Shown one piece after another: positions 8,958 through 17,947 of a stretch of DNA of 64,000 bases. The first letter of the stretch is position 1. Each line of letters starts with the position of its first letter. Position numbers and translations under genes: made by a program. Origin of the DNA: a virus. Lineage: Duplodnaviria > Heunggongvirae > Uroviricota > Caudoviricetes. Under the pieces are notes generated by a model, which saw only the letters and a list, made by a program, of their open reading frames with translations, had not been told where the DNA came from and ran no database searches. The DNA lies in the IMG/VR virus record IMGVR_UViG_3300020577_013140, positions 84,381 through 148,380 of that record; one strand, written 5' to 3'.

Positions 8958-9550
8958 GACTGAGTGGGTTGAGGAGACTGGTTCGCAGTGGCTCGGATGA
9001 GGGCTTCAGCGACATCCACTGTGTAAGCGTGCACTGTGCCCTGGCACTTGGGGCAATCCCCTTGCTGCTCAACGACTTCGTGCGGGGTAGGCCGGTAGCC
9101 ACAGTTCAAACACTCGAACGGGGACTCAGGATGGACTGAGGGTGGAAGCGAGGTAGTAGCTTGAGCTCCAAGGTAGCGCTGGCTCTGCTCGACCTCCCGG
9201 TCAAGGATCTCGAGGTCAAATCCCAGGGGATCCGTGGAGGAGACGATCAGCGGATGCTCCTTACCCGGCTGAAACTCAACACCGTGGTACAAGACAGGGC
9301 GCCTGCAGAGAGCGAACTCCCTGTAGAGAAATACGCTGCCTGTGACAATGACGGTGCCTGGAAGTACCTCATTCGCATACTGTTGCAACTCAGCACCGTT
9401 CCTGGTGTTCTCAGGATACCACACAGTGACAGCCGGGTCAGACAGCTGTTCCTTATCATAGAGCTCTCGCAGCTCCCTGGGTGAGTTGGTAACGATGAGG
9501 TGGATAAGCCTGCGGGAGGCAGGACTGGTAGAGATACGGTAGAGAGACAT
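8954..9550 (-). CDS. hypothetical protein with C-terminal zinc ribbon (CLNC...CPKC)
   Basis: two CxxC pairs; first gene after the AT-rich gap at 9551-9892. Confidence 0.7.
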   Translation of the reverse strand: MSLYRISTSPASRRLIHLIVTNSPRELRELYDKEQLSDPAVTVWYPENTRNGAELQQYANEVLPGTVIVTGSVFLYREFALCRRPVLYHGVEFQPGKEHPLIVSSTDPLGFDLEILDREVEQSQRYLGAQATTSLPPSVHPESPFECLNCGYRPTPHEVVEQQGDCPKCQGTVHAYTVDVAEALIRATANQSPQPTQS

Positions 9551-9892
9551 GGTAGTTGAAAATGTGTATGTTGGTTGAACTGGATAGCCGGGTGGGGTTT
9601 TTTGACCCCTTTTTTTAGCTATCCGTAAGGGGAGAAAAACGCAACCCTATGGAACAACAACACCTTAGCTATCTTCCAAGCGTTTGTTGTAGTCCTTAAA
9701 GTTTATCTTACTCCTTAATAATCAACGCTCTGCGCGTCTATGGTGAGCCAGATCCACTTCACCTGGCTTCGCTCGTCCCTGTCTAGCTTGGGCAGAGTGT
9801 GGGACTTGTGGGGAGGACCGAAGGACAAAAGGCCGGGGATAGCCCCGTAGGGCTGTCTCCCCGGCCTTGTGGTATTCGTGGGTGGCTCTGCG

Positions 9893-10300
9893 TCAGATGG
9901 GAAGTCGCTGGATGTTCTTTATGCACACCCATTTGAGTTTCGACCCCTTTTCCTGGGCAGCGAGCTCGATTGACCTTATTATCATTTCCAGGTCCTTTTG
10001 ATCCCTGACTGGATGTGACCTGTTTATAACCACCCACCCCACACCATTCTCGTGCTGGTAGGTGACGTAGTACTGGATCATCGGCTGTGTCGCTTCCGAT
10101 GGCGTGTCCTCTGGTGGGTTGATGAAGCGAATTACTTCCTTCACCAATGCTGGGTTTATTCTACCCTCAAGCCTCCGCATGACCTTGCCGGTCAGCAATT
10201 GATCATCGAAGTTGCCCGGCAGTTCACTCTCGAATAAATCCCTCAACTCCCTCATGATGATGGAGTAGTCGGATATTCGTGCTGCGTTGCTTGGTGTCAT
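9893..10300 (-). CDS. hypothetical protein with a possible GatB/YqeY C-terminal-like helical domain
   Basis: LTGKVMRRLEGRINPALVKEVI resembles the YqeY/GatB G.vMk...Gk.dp..v motif. Confidence 0.5.
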   Translation of the reverse strand: MTPSNAARISDYSIIMRELRDLFESELPGNFDDQLLTGKVMRRLEGRINPALVKEVIRFINPPEDTPSEATQPMIQYYVTYQHENGVGWVVINRSHPVRDQKDLEMIIRSIELAAQEKGSKLKWVCIKNIQRLPI

Positions 10301-10614
10301 GTTCCTTTCTCCTTCTCCTCCCTTTCTTTCGCCTCGGCCTTTCTCAACAGGATGGCCACTGCCTCCTCCTTCGTTGCCGCCAGCATGTCGACGGTGACCG
10401 TGCCCTTGTATCTGTTGGCCGCGTGTGGCTGCTCGATCCTGTATCTCTCGGAATATTCGATGGTGGGCTGCTTGTTGGATTCGGTTACCTGTGCCCAGTC
10501 AAGCGTGATCCCTATCACCTTGGCCTTCTGCAGTCCCTCTCCCCAAAAATACCAGACGTCCTGACCGATGTTGAATTTGGGCCTGAATGTGTTGCCGTCT
10601 TGTTTGTCGCTCAT
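10297..10614 (-). CDS. SH3/KOW-like small protein, family member 1
   Basis: KFNIGQDVW...AKV..I...Y.IE...ATKEEA. Confidence 0.8.
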   Translation of the reverse strand: MSDKQDGNTFRPKFNIGQDVWYFWGEGLQKAKVIGITLDWAQVTESNKQPTIEYSERYRIEQPHAANRYKGTVTVDMLAATKEEAVAILLRKAEAKEREEKEKGT

Positions 10615-10896
10615 TTAATCTCCTTCGTCGGCCACCCGGTCCAGCAGCTCCTGCTTCGACGCAAACAGCATCTGGGCATCGCGCAGGACGGGCTGGCCTT
10701 TGTGGTTGACCATCTCGACCTCGTAGGTCTCCGTCTGGCTAATCGACTTGTCGTCGGGGCCACGTGCAAGCCAGCGCCTCTCGATCACCTGCCGGAGAAC
10801 GGTGGCCCGGGCGGCGTGATGCCCCCAGATCAGCCAGACCTCCTGCCCGAGCGAGAACTTGAAACTTACTGTGTTACTCGGTAATTGATTTGTCAT
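10615..10896 (-). CDS. SH3/KOW-like small protein, family member 2
   Basis: KFSLGQEVW...ATV...YEVE...LFASKQELL; start trimmed to ATG at 10896. Confidence 0.8.
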   Translation of the reverse strand: MTNQLPSNTVSFKFSLGQEVWLIWGHHAARATVLRQVIERRWLARGPDDKSISQTETYEVEMVNHKGQPVLRDAQMLFASKQELLDRVADEGD

Positions 10897-10903
10897 GTTG
10901 GAT

Positions 10904-11356
10904 TTATGTCGAATATGTTCCACACGGGTGCCATGACTTTCCATTGTCCAACGTGTGCTCGTAGTATTCCATCAACTCCTTCACCTCCAGGACAGTCCTC
11001 CCGATGGAAATCTCGCCCTCCACCACGGCCGTTCCAAAGTACTTCCGCAACGTCTGACCCTTGACACGATACCAGGCTCCAAGGGGGATTTCATCATCCT
11101 TCCAAGGGCGCAACACCGGCTCCTTCCATTCCTCGACCAGGTCGGAAGACGTATCACGGTTTGGCGCGTACTTGCCGTTTGTGCACCAGATTCCAATACC
11201 TGAGTTGCCTACGATATATCCGATGCAGTGGTCCTCCTCGCGGCCGGGGTGGATGAAGGCCACAAAGGCCTTGTTTCCTGCCCTGGTCATGTACCACTTT
11301 CCTGCTTCAATCTTCATGCCGGTGTCGATCTGACTCAATGCTGTTGTAAGTCCCAT
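10904..11356 (-). CDS. hypothetical phage protein (IEAGKWYMTRAGNKA)
   Basis: G-K-x-Y-x-T-R-x-G motif and W...G...DLVEEW typical of phage accessory proteins; start trimmed. Confidence 0.7.
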   Translation of the reverse strand: MGLTTALSQIDTGMKIEAGKWYMTRAGNKAFVAFIHPGREEDHCIGYIVGNSGIGIWCTNGKYAPNRDTSSDLVEEWKEPVLRPWKDDEIPLGAWYRVKGQTLRKYFGTAVVEGEISIGRTVLEVKELMEYYEHTLDNGKSWHPCGTYST

Positions 11357-11385
11357 GTTATCTTGTGATTCTATTTGATTATTGC

Positions 11386-11673
11386 TTATACGTCTGAAGC
11401 CAGCATTGGCTTTACGCGTTTGGTTGCGTTTGCCCACTCCGCCAGCGCCTGGCGGTCCTTGAATGGCCCGACAAAGATCTGGGCGTCCAGGCAATGTAAC
11501 ACCCACATCGTTCCGCCATCACGGTTGGCTCCGACCCGTTCCGCGTCCTTGGGGCCATCGAGGCGCACCCAGTCCTGGCTCAACGCCTGGGCCTTCTCCC
11601 AACGGCTGTTGGATGTGTAGACCCAGAACCTTGACGCGTATTTGAAATCATCCGCTTCCCAGATGTAGTTCAT
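11386..11673 (-). CDS. hypothetical protein, paralog of 11989..12228
   Basis: shared WE..D...GG...GPF..R.AL..W.N...RV. Confidence 0.75.
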   Translation of the reverse strand: MNYIWEADDFKYASRFWVYTSNSRWEKAQALSQDWVRLDGPKDAERVGANRDGGTMWVLHCLDAQIFVGPFKDRQALAEWANATKRVKPMLASDV

Positions 11674-11984
11674 GCTTCGAGCTCCTTGATCAATTCTTCC
11701 TTGGTTGTAAACAGTGCCTCGTCACCTACCCTTACCATGATTCCGTTTGCTGGCCGTGACCGGGGCAGGACCTGCACTTCGTACGTGACGTTGTGCACGC
11801 GCACTTGTCCTGTGGGAAAGTCTTCAGAATGCTTTATCTCTGCAGACAAGCTGATACGGCGTACATATCCATGCACGATCTTCCCCTCAAATAGCGCCCA
11901 CACCAATTGGTCGATCCCGAATTTGGTTGTGAATGTGTTAACGAATGGTGGTTCTGCCGGCTTTGGTTCAGTTGTTGCTTCCAT
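11670..11984 (-). CDS. SH3/KOW-like small protein, family member 3
   Basis: TKFGIDQLVW...GYV..I...YEVQ...LFTTKEELI. Confidence 0.8.
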   Translation of the reverse strand: MEATTEPKPAEPPFVNTFTTKFGIDQLVWALFEGKIVHGYVRRISLSAEIKHSEDFPTGQVRVHNVTYEVQVLPRSRPANGIMVRVGDEALFTTKEELIKELEA

Positions 11985-11988
11985 AAGC

Positions 11989-12228
11989 TTATTTTCGAAC
12001 TCTGACTCTTCCGGAGGTGTTCATCCAGCCGACCAGTGCCTCACGGTTCTGGAACGGCCCAATATATGCCTCGCTCCCAACCAGGAGGCAGCAAGATGTG
12101 ATTTCCTCGTTCAGACCTCCGTCATGGCGGATCACGCAAGCCGGGACCCAATGCCCGGAGGCAACGCGGACCTCAAACAACGCGTGGTCACCGACGATCA
12201 GGTCGCTTACTTCCCATGTAATTTTCAT
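11989..12228 (-). CDS. hypothetical protein, paralog of 11386..11673
   Basis: shared GPFQNREALVGWMN motif. Confidence 0.75.
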   Translation of the reverse strand: MKITWEVSDLIVGDHALFEVRVASGHWVPACVIRHDGGLNEEITSCCLLVGSEAYIGPFQNREALVGWMNTSGRVRVRK

Positions 12229-12593
12229 GTGTTCTCCCTTCGGTGGGTGTGAGAGCCCGCCCAGTCCGGGTTCCCTGATGTGAACGTATCCGGGGACAGC
12301 GGTGTCACGGCGCCCTTCGGTGGCACCACGCCCTCAACGTCCTTGAGCAGCTTGGCCGTAAGTGCTTCAGGCGTGGCAAAGACTGTGTCGACGCTGCAGC
12401 TGTGTGTCGTGCCTCGGTCCTCCCGGGCAAGGGACTGCACGTGGTATCTTTCAACGAGCACCACCTTGGTGGACTTCTCGCGGGCGACAGTAAGCGCAGT
12501 GATTTCGATTTTTGACACCAGTGCGGGCTGTATCCGGTTCAGGGGCATGATGTAAACCACCTGCCCCAAATCGTATGTTGTATTAAGTTGCAT
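12225..12593 (-). CDS. SH3/KOW-like small protein, family member 4
   Basis: TTYDLGQVVY...ALV..IEI...YHVQ...VFATPEAL; start trimmed to ATG at 12593. Confidence 0.8.
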   Translation of the reverse strand: MQLNTTYDLGQVVYIMPLNRIQPALVSKIEITALTVAREKSTKVVLVERYHVQSLAREDRGTTHSCSVDTVFATPEALTAKLLKDVEGVVPPKGAVTPLSPDTFTSGNPDWAGSHTHRRENT

Positions 12594-12966
12594 GGTCTGG
12601 TTGGTTCTTGATTTTGTTCCTGGCGAGGTTGAATTTGTCGTTATATTCCTGCAGCTCCTTTCGAAGCCTGGTCTCGGCTTCCTCCCGAGTGGCGGAAATC
12701 CCGGACTCGTCCCGGTGCAGTGTCTCCCATATTGCGAGGTTGGTTCCCGGCACGGTATCCGGGAACACAATCTTGTAATCCACCCGGTCACGCGCCCGGC
12801 CGATGTCGTCGTGAACGGAGTAAAGCGAGGATGTGGATGTAACCCCACACACACGCCCATGCCTCACATTCGTTCCATCATCAAACCACACGATCGCACC
12901 AAGCCTGTGTTTCGGCAGTCGTATTTGAGCCGTCTGTGGGTGTTCCGGCAATGAGTCCAGAGGCAT
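12583..12966 (-). CDS. SH3/KOW-like small protein, family member 5
   Basis: PKHRLGAIVW...GRV..VT...YKIV...ISATREEA; start trimmed to ATG at 12966. Confidence 0.75.
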   Translation of the reverse strand: MPLDSLPEHPQTAQIRLPKHRLGAIVWFDDGTNVRHGRVCGVTSTSSLYSVHDDIGRARDRVDYKIVFPDTVPGTNLAIWETLHRDESGISATREEAETRLRKELQEYNDKFNLARNKIKNQPDHAT

Positions 12967-12967
12967 G

Positions 12968-13312
12968 TCAGTCCTTTTCGAGGAATTCGATGAGGCTTTC
13001 CTTGCTTCTGAACATGCGCCAGGCCTCGTCGTCACCCAGCGTGAGCGTAAATGGCTCGGACTTCTTGGGGAACAGCTTGAGCTCGTACTGCGGGATGACC
13101 CGCACGCCTTCCTTGGGATTCTTCTCGTCACGGCGACCGTAGAAGGCACGGAGCGAGACCGAGTCAACTCGTGCCATCAGAATTGGCTCCTTGCCTGCTG
13201 CAAGCACCCACACGCGTTCACCAAGACCAAACCCGGTCCGGAAAATGCCATCGTATGCGTCGATGGCTGCCTGATTGTCGGGCGATTCTTTAACTGGTTG
13301 TTTTTTAGCCAT
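12968..13312 (-). CDS. SH3/KOW-like small protein, family member 6
   Basis: TGFGLGERVW...ARV..VSL...YELK...MFRSKESLI; start trimmed to ATG at 13312. Confidence 0.8.
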   Translation of the reverse strand: MAKKQPVKESPDNQAAIDAYDGIFRTGFGLGERVWVLAAGKEPILMARVDSVSLRAFYGRRDEKNPKEGVRVIPQYELKLFPKKSEPFTLTLGDDEAWRMFRSKESLIEFLEKD

Positions 13313-13323
13313 AGGTGTGTTGG

Positions 13324-13965
13324 TTAGAACCGACAAAACGTGCAGCTCTGTATTTCCTCAGGTGTAAGCTGCACGAGCTTCCACGTCTGGGGCTCGAAGA
13401 ACTCGAGCTTGTGTCCGTTGCCGTCCTTGGTAATAAAGCAGTTGATTGCATGCCGGCCTCCGATTGCCCTGTGGTAATGGAATTCACCGAACAGGATTGC
13501 GACCGAGCGCTTCTCACCGGTGCGACCGTAATATGAGCGCCTGGCGATCACCATCGCAGACAACGCCTCATCGTCGCAGTCGTATTGCTCAGCACTGTAA
13601 ATCGGGCCGGTCTTGGTGGCGTCGAATATGTCCGAGGCGATGTTGTCGAATACGAACTTGGTACTGACCGGGGTGTAGAACGAGTCGAACAGGAACAGCT
13701 TGTTGAGCGGTATCCCGTTCGCCGCGATCACTTGTTGCACCCTGAGCAACCCCAATATGTCCGGACCCAGCTTGGCGGCCTCGGCTGTGTTGGCATCCTG
13801 TGCAGCCTTGTGTTGCTCCATTTGCTCCAGCAGCTTGTCGCTTTCGTCTTTCTTCTTGCCACAGCCGCCGATGGTCAAGCCGATTACCACCGCAAATACC
13901 ACAAACAGTGGTGCGGTGATGTTAAGAATGTCTTTTATTGCCTTGCGCATTGGTGTGTCACTCAC
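13324..13965 (-). CDS. probable lipoprotein with a papain/transglutaminase-like cysteine-protease fold
   Basis: hydrophobic signal ending IGGC-GKKK (lipobox-like); YDCDD...RHAINCF...FFEPQT pattern (Cys-His-Asn/Glu). Confidence 0.55.
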   Translation of the reverse strand: MSDTPMRKAIKDILNITAPLFVVFAVVIGLTIGGCGKKKDESDKLLEQMEQHKAAQDANTAEAAKLGPDILGLLRVQQVIAANGIPLNKLFLFDSFYTPVSTKFVFDNIASDIFDATKTGPIYSAEQYDCDDEALSAMVIARRSYYGRTGEKRSVAILFGEFHYHRAIGGRHAINCFITKDGNGHKLEFFEPQTWKLVQLTPEEIQSCTFCRF

Positions 13966-14258
13966 AGTGTTATTCCTTGGTTGGATGGTTGAGGTGTAGG
14001 TGGTGGAATGTATTCGTTGCCGGATTCGTCCAGGACATGAGGGTTGGGGTTGGTGTCTTCAACCGTGTCCTTGAGTAAATGTCCGGTAAAGATACCGCAC
14101 AATACGAACACGGTGCTGAGCGCCGGTATCCACAAAGGGATGTCGGTGAACCACACGAGCACTACCAGGACGGTATTGAGCAATACTGCCAGCAGGCCAC
14201 GCCCGTTCAGGATGCTTGCGATTCGGAGGTTGAAGTTGAACTTTGCGTTGAAAGCCAT
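13962..14258 (-). CDS. small membrane protein (two TM segments)
   Basis: LLAVLLNTVLVVLVWF and IPALSTVFVLCGIF hydrophobic stretches. Confidence 0.7.
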   Translation of the reverse strand: MAFNAKFNFNLRIASILNGRGLLAVLLNTVLVVLVWFTDIPLWIPALSTVFVLCGIFTGHLLKDTVEDTNPNPHVLDESGNEYIPPPTPQPSNQGITL

Positions 14259-14665
14259 TGGATGTAGTTGTTGATACTTTGCCGCATGACGATGAGCCCC
14301 GTCTCATTCATCGTATGAAGTGCGTATGGTGGAAACGGGGCGAGCGAAGGACGCAGTATTTGTTCGATGAACCATTCCAGGGCCTTGAGTCCTGTTGGCA
14401 CGACGCACTTGCCGTAGGCCTTGTCATACCCCCGATGGGGTAATGTATGATAGGCCTGGTAGTGTTCGTCGTCCAGGTCGTGGTCGAACGAAATGAAGGA
14501 TGGGATGAAACCCTTCCTGGCTTCGTGGGAGATCGTGCGTACGAATTCGTCGTATGAGCGCACGACAATCCAGTTGGCGTTTTCCGGCAGGTCGGTCCAT
14601 GTGACATTCCTCGGTTGACGAACGTCGTCCAGGAAGAGATTGAAGTTAGGATGGGGTGTAAGCAT
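14207..14665 (-). CDS. cyclic-phosphate-processing receiver-domain-like protein
   Basis: LFLDDVR...WIVVRSYDEF...ISFDHDL...TG...LEW...LHTMN motif series; start trimmed to ATG at 14665, just downstream of a terminator. Confidence 0.7.
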   Translation of the reverse strand: MLTPHPNFNLFLDDVRQPRNVTWTDLPENANWIVVRSYDEFVRTISHEARKGFIPSFISFDHDLDDEHYQAYHTLPHRGYDKAYGKCVVPTGLKALEWFIEQILRPSLAPFPPYALHTMNETGLIVMRQSINNYIQWLSTQSSTSTSESQAS

Positions 14666-14675
14666 GTTGGGAACT

Positions 14676-14707
14676 AAAAAAGAGGGGCAGGTGGAAGCCT
14701 GCCCCTC
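14676..14707 (-). terminator. intrinsic terminator
   Basis: GAGGGGCAGG/CCTGCCCCTC 10-bp stem followed by a U-run on the minus strand. Confidence 0.75.
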
Positions 14708-14732
14708 GTTACTACAAGGGAAGTGCCGTCGG

Positions 14733-15299
14733 TTATTTGGAGTTGGAATTGACGGCTGTGTGCACGGTCTGTGCAACGTATTCGATAATAAACACTCGTT
14801 TGGCCAGGGTGGCCTTGGCAACCGTACCCAGGTTCTCTTGCATGGCAAACAGGATGATCAGAACGCCAACGATCTTTGTGAGCCACTTGAAGGCCAAGTA
14901 GCCGTCGTTATTTCGGCTATAATAGCTTTTCGTTTCTTTCTTGTACTCCTCCGAGGCAACCCCCAACCGACGTGAGCCGTACAAACAGAGGGCACCGATG
15001 CCTACCCATAAGAACAGCCATGCGAGGGCCTCGGATGTCTTCCAGATAATAAACTCCCGCACGACCTCCGGAGCCTCGGCCTTTACCGCCTCGTAAGCCG
15101 AGCCAAGGGCGTCCCTTGTGACGGTGTAGATCCTGCCTCCTTCGTCTTTGACGCCGGAAAGGATCTCGACCATGACCTGCGTGGCGTTGGTTGATACCAG
15201 TTGCTGTATTGGGCTGCTCTCTTGTGTCTCGTGACTGAATGCAGTGAACTGGGCGAATAAAAACAGGAACAGGACTGCGAACAAACGGAATAGCTTCAT
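14733..15299 (-). CDS. membrane protein with signal peptide and two TM helices
   Basis: MKLFRLFAVLFLFLFAQFTAFS signal; LAWLFLWVGIGALCL and IVGVLIILFA TM segments. Confidence 0.75.
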   Translation of the reverse strand: MKLFRLFAVLFLFLFAQFTAFSHETQESSPIQQLVSTNATQVMVEILSGVKDEGGRIYTVTRDALGSAYEAVKAEAPEVVREFIIWKTSEALAWLFLWVGIGALCLYGSRRLGVASEEYKKETKSYYSRNNDGYLAFKWLTKIVGVLIILFAMQENLGTVAKATLAKRVFIIEYVAQTVHTAVNSNSK

Positions 15300-15514
15300 C
15301 TTGGTGGTTCTGATTGGCAACGCGGGCAATATAATCGTCCGGTGGGTGACCATGCAAGCTCCCTCAACCCGAAAAGGTCGTGGCAGCACTCGCATTCATC
15401 AACCCACCGGAACGACGGGTCGTCCAATATTCGGTGCTGGGGCTGGTCATCCGCCGATGTCAGGCAAGCAAAAGACACGGCGTCCCTGGATGAAGATGAT
15501 TGCGCTACCGGCAT
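15296..15514 (-). CDS. small zinc-finger-like protein (CECC...CPRC)
   Basis: Cys pairs; stop overlaps the next ATG (ATGA); start uncertain. Confidence 0.5.
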   Translation of the reverse strand: MPVAQSSSSRDAVSFACLTSADDQPQHRILDDPSFRWVDECECCHDLFGLRELAWSPTGRLYCPRCQSEPPR

Positions 15515-15863
15515 ACGGAGCCTGTTCGTTTACTTCTTCCGCGGTGACTATACGAGGCGGCGGGTCAACTGCCTCCACAGCCGGTTGTATCAGCTCGATG
15601 ACCCGACGAAGCAGTGGAACTGAGCGGTTTAGCGCGTACCGTGCGTACAAGGCGGCCTTCATTTCCTGTTCAATTACGGTCAGGTATTTCTCGAGGTCGC
15701 CATCGTAGATATCCGGAAAGAGGCAAAAGCGCCATATGTGTAGCAGATGTTCCCGGACAGGTTGAGGCAGATCAGCAACCGCATCTCTGATAGTACGTTT
15801 CATCTTGTTAACGTGCTCCACCGAGTGATAGGGACAAACCAAACGACGAGTCCGCTTTTCCAC
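15447..15863 (-). CDS. hypothetical protein
   Basis: 138-aa tiling ORF. Confidence 0.6.
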   Translation of the reverse strand: MEKRTRRLVCPYHSVEHVNKMKRTIRDAVADLPQPVREHLLHIWRFCLFPDIYDGDLEKYLTVIEQEMKAALYARYALNRSVPLLRRVIELIQPAVEAVDPPPRIVTAEEVNEQAPYAGSAIIFIQGRRVFCLPDIGG

Positions 15864-15980
15864 TTGGAGGCGGGTCTTTTGGTGGTTGGATGTGGCAGGC
15901 GAGCCACCACACGAGGCCGCCCAACCAGGCGACCATAAAAATGCTCAGAAGTGGGTGATTGTCGACGAAGTCAAGTAAGC

Positions 15981-16490
15981 TCATTGTTGATTGAGTGTGT
16001 AACGCTTCGTGAAAGCGTCGTAGATCTTGCGCTTTTTCTTCAGTGTAAGCACGGTGGCCTTGAGTGCCAGACCCTTTTCCATGACGGTTGGGCGCAACAA
16101 CTCAACGGAGAGATGCACCAGCGCCGGGTTGGAACGGGTTGTCTTCATGATACGGACAAGATGCTCGCGGTAGAGCGGGAGCCAATTGCAATCGGGGTCC
16201 ACAGGATCCACAGGATCCATGAGATCCACAAATCGCATGATACCCTCCAGAAAGTCGTGGTTGAACTTGCTAGCGGGATCCCAGTGGACGTACCGCCCCT
16301 CATTAGCGTCGTAGTGGAGATACGCGTGCTTCTTACGCGTGAGAATTCTCACGCGTCGGGCGGTCGGGTCGAAGGTATTCAATAAGTACCAGGCTAGGTT
16401 GTCCCGTTTCTGCTCCTCTTTTGAATAGGGGCGTTGGAGCAACTGATGCCTGGATGGCCCCCTAGTGGATTTGCGTTTTGTGGAACTCAT
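15981..16490 (-). CDS. hypothetical basic protein
   Basis: 169-aa ORF containing a short DPVDPVDPD micro-repeat. Confidence 0.7.
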   Translation of the reverse strand: MSSTKRKSTRGPSRHQLLQRPYSKEEQKRDNLAWYLLNTFDPTARRVRILTRKKHAYLHYDANEGRYVHWDPASKFNHDFLEGIMRFVDLMDPVDPVDPDCNWLPLYREHLVRIMKTTRSNPALVHLSVELLRPTVMEKGLALKATVLTLKKKRKIYDAFTKRYTLNQQ

Positions 16491-16752
16491 TTGTGCAGTT
16501 TCCTTTGTGGGTGATCGAATACGTGCCTGAGGTATTTCTCAGCGCCAGATATTGGCAGTTATCCACCTTGAACTCCACGATCCTGTGAGTTGGCGGAGGC
16601 GGTGGAGGCGGGGCAGTCGGTGCGTGCTCCTTCAGGAAGTGAAGCACGCCCATGACAGTAACAGAAACGAGTAAAATTATACCAAGCACCAGCGCCCCAA
16701 GGTTGCGTGGGAGCAGGGCGAATACATTGGATGTCAAGTCGCTTCCATTCAT
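16462..16752 (-). CDS. small membrane-anchored protein
   Basis: one TM helix, poly-Pro linker, C-terminal VDNCQYL...ITHKGNC phage motif; start trimmed. Confidence 0.7.
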   Translation of the reverse strand: MNGSDLTSNVFALLPRNLGALVLGIILLVSVTVMGVLHFLKEHAPTAPPPPPPPTHRIVEFKVDNCQYLALRNTSGTYSITHKGNCTNEFHKTQIH

Positions 16753-16753
16753 A

Positions 16754-17947
16754 TCAGTCCTCCTTGATTGATGTTGTTTCGATCGGGGCGAACCGGTCGA
16801 GCAGGGTGGCGTTTGTCCATTCTGATTGATCTTCAGGCAGAGGCCTGGCAACGTATCTGCCAAGCAAGTCCCCGAGGAATTTTGTACCGACCGAGCCTGC
16901 GATAAAGCCGTGGCCACGCAGGTTTACAACGAAGTTCTTCGTATCATGGCTGGATGCCGCCTGCCACACCACGCTGGCTTCATTCAATGCTCCGCATGGG
17001 ATGACGGACTTGGTGGTTGGAATACCGCTCACGTACACATGCCCGTGCAGCAGGTAGTTGATGTCCGGATACAATTCGAACAACGCACCCTGGATCGGAG
17101 CATCCACTGAAGGTTTGTGATCTCCACAATAAACGAGTTTGTCGCCGGTCTGGTTGATGATGGGTACAAAGTCGGCCATCGACAGCCAGGTCTTGTCCAC
17201 GTTTCTACGCGATACGTAATATGTGCGCGGGCCAGCTCGCAAAGCGGGGAAACCGTACGAGCAACGAAAAGCCGCGTTGCCCACGAACCGAGGGGACAGA
17301 ACGGGGTATGTGGGCTTGGGGATCAGCTCGTCAAACCGTGCCGCCGCCTCATGGATTACCTTGAGGAACTCATCCTGATTCGGAACGGTATCAGGGCATG
17401 AACCGATTGCCTTTTCTGTCCGCATACGGAGCAGGCTGCCGAGGTATTCGACACGGGCACGTAACACGCGACCCAACCTATCGAACTCAGCAACACGCAA
17501 CGCGTCAGCGTAGGAGTTACCAAGCGGGTCGAACAACTCAGCCATATATCTTCCGTCAATGTGTTTACGGAAGAGCATGATGAGATTGGAGTGCAGGTTC
17601 AGCCCGTGGGCAATAATCTGTGGGTACTCGTATTGTTTTTCCACCACCCGCTTTGAAGTCACCAGCACGCAGGTCGGGTTAACGACCTTCAACGTACGTA
17701 CGCGATTCTTCTCTTCTTCGTTTGGCACATCCGCCCACCAGATAACCACCTTGGCATCCGCCGCACGTTGCCAGGCCCAGTCGAGCTCCGCCAGTGTACC
17801 ACCATTCACAAAGATGCATTCGGTGTTTTCCTCTTCGCTGGTTCCACTGGCGAGATACGCGTGGTAAATAATGTCACAAATGGACGAGCGTTTTCCGCCA
17901 GCTCCATTGAAGGAGCCACAGACAAACACGGTTTTCTTGGATTTCAT
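16754..17947 (-). CDS. class II aldolase/adducin-like domain protein
   Basis: C-terminal KPSVDAPIQ..LFELYPDINYLLHGH...CG...LRGHG motifs of the class II aldolase family. Confidence 0.7.
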   Translation of the reverse strand: MKSKKTVFVCGSFNGAGGKRSSICDIIYHAYLASGTSEEENTECIFVNGGTLAELDWAWQRAADAKVVIWWADVPNEEEKNRVRTLKVVNPTCVLVTSKRVVEKQYEYPQIIAHGLNLHSNLIMLFRKHIDGRYMAELFDPLGNSYADALRVAEFDRLGRVLRARVEYLGSLLRMRTEKAIGSCPDTVPNQDEFLKVIHEAAARFDELIPKPTYPVLSPRFVGNAAFRCSYGFPALRAGPRTYYVSRRNVDKTWLSMADFVPIINQTGDKLVYCGDHKPSVDAPIQGALFELYPDINYLLHGHVYVSGIPTTKSVIPCGALNEASVVWQAASSHDTKNFVVNLRGHGFIAGSVGTKFLGDLLGRYVARPLPEDQSEWTNATLLDRFAPIETTSIKED

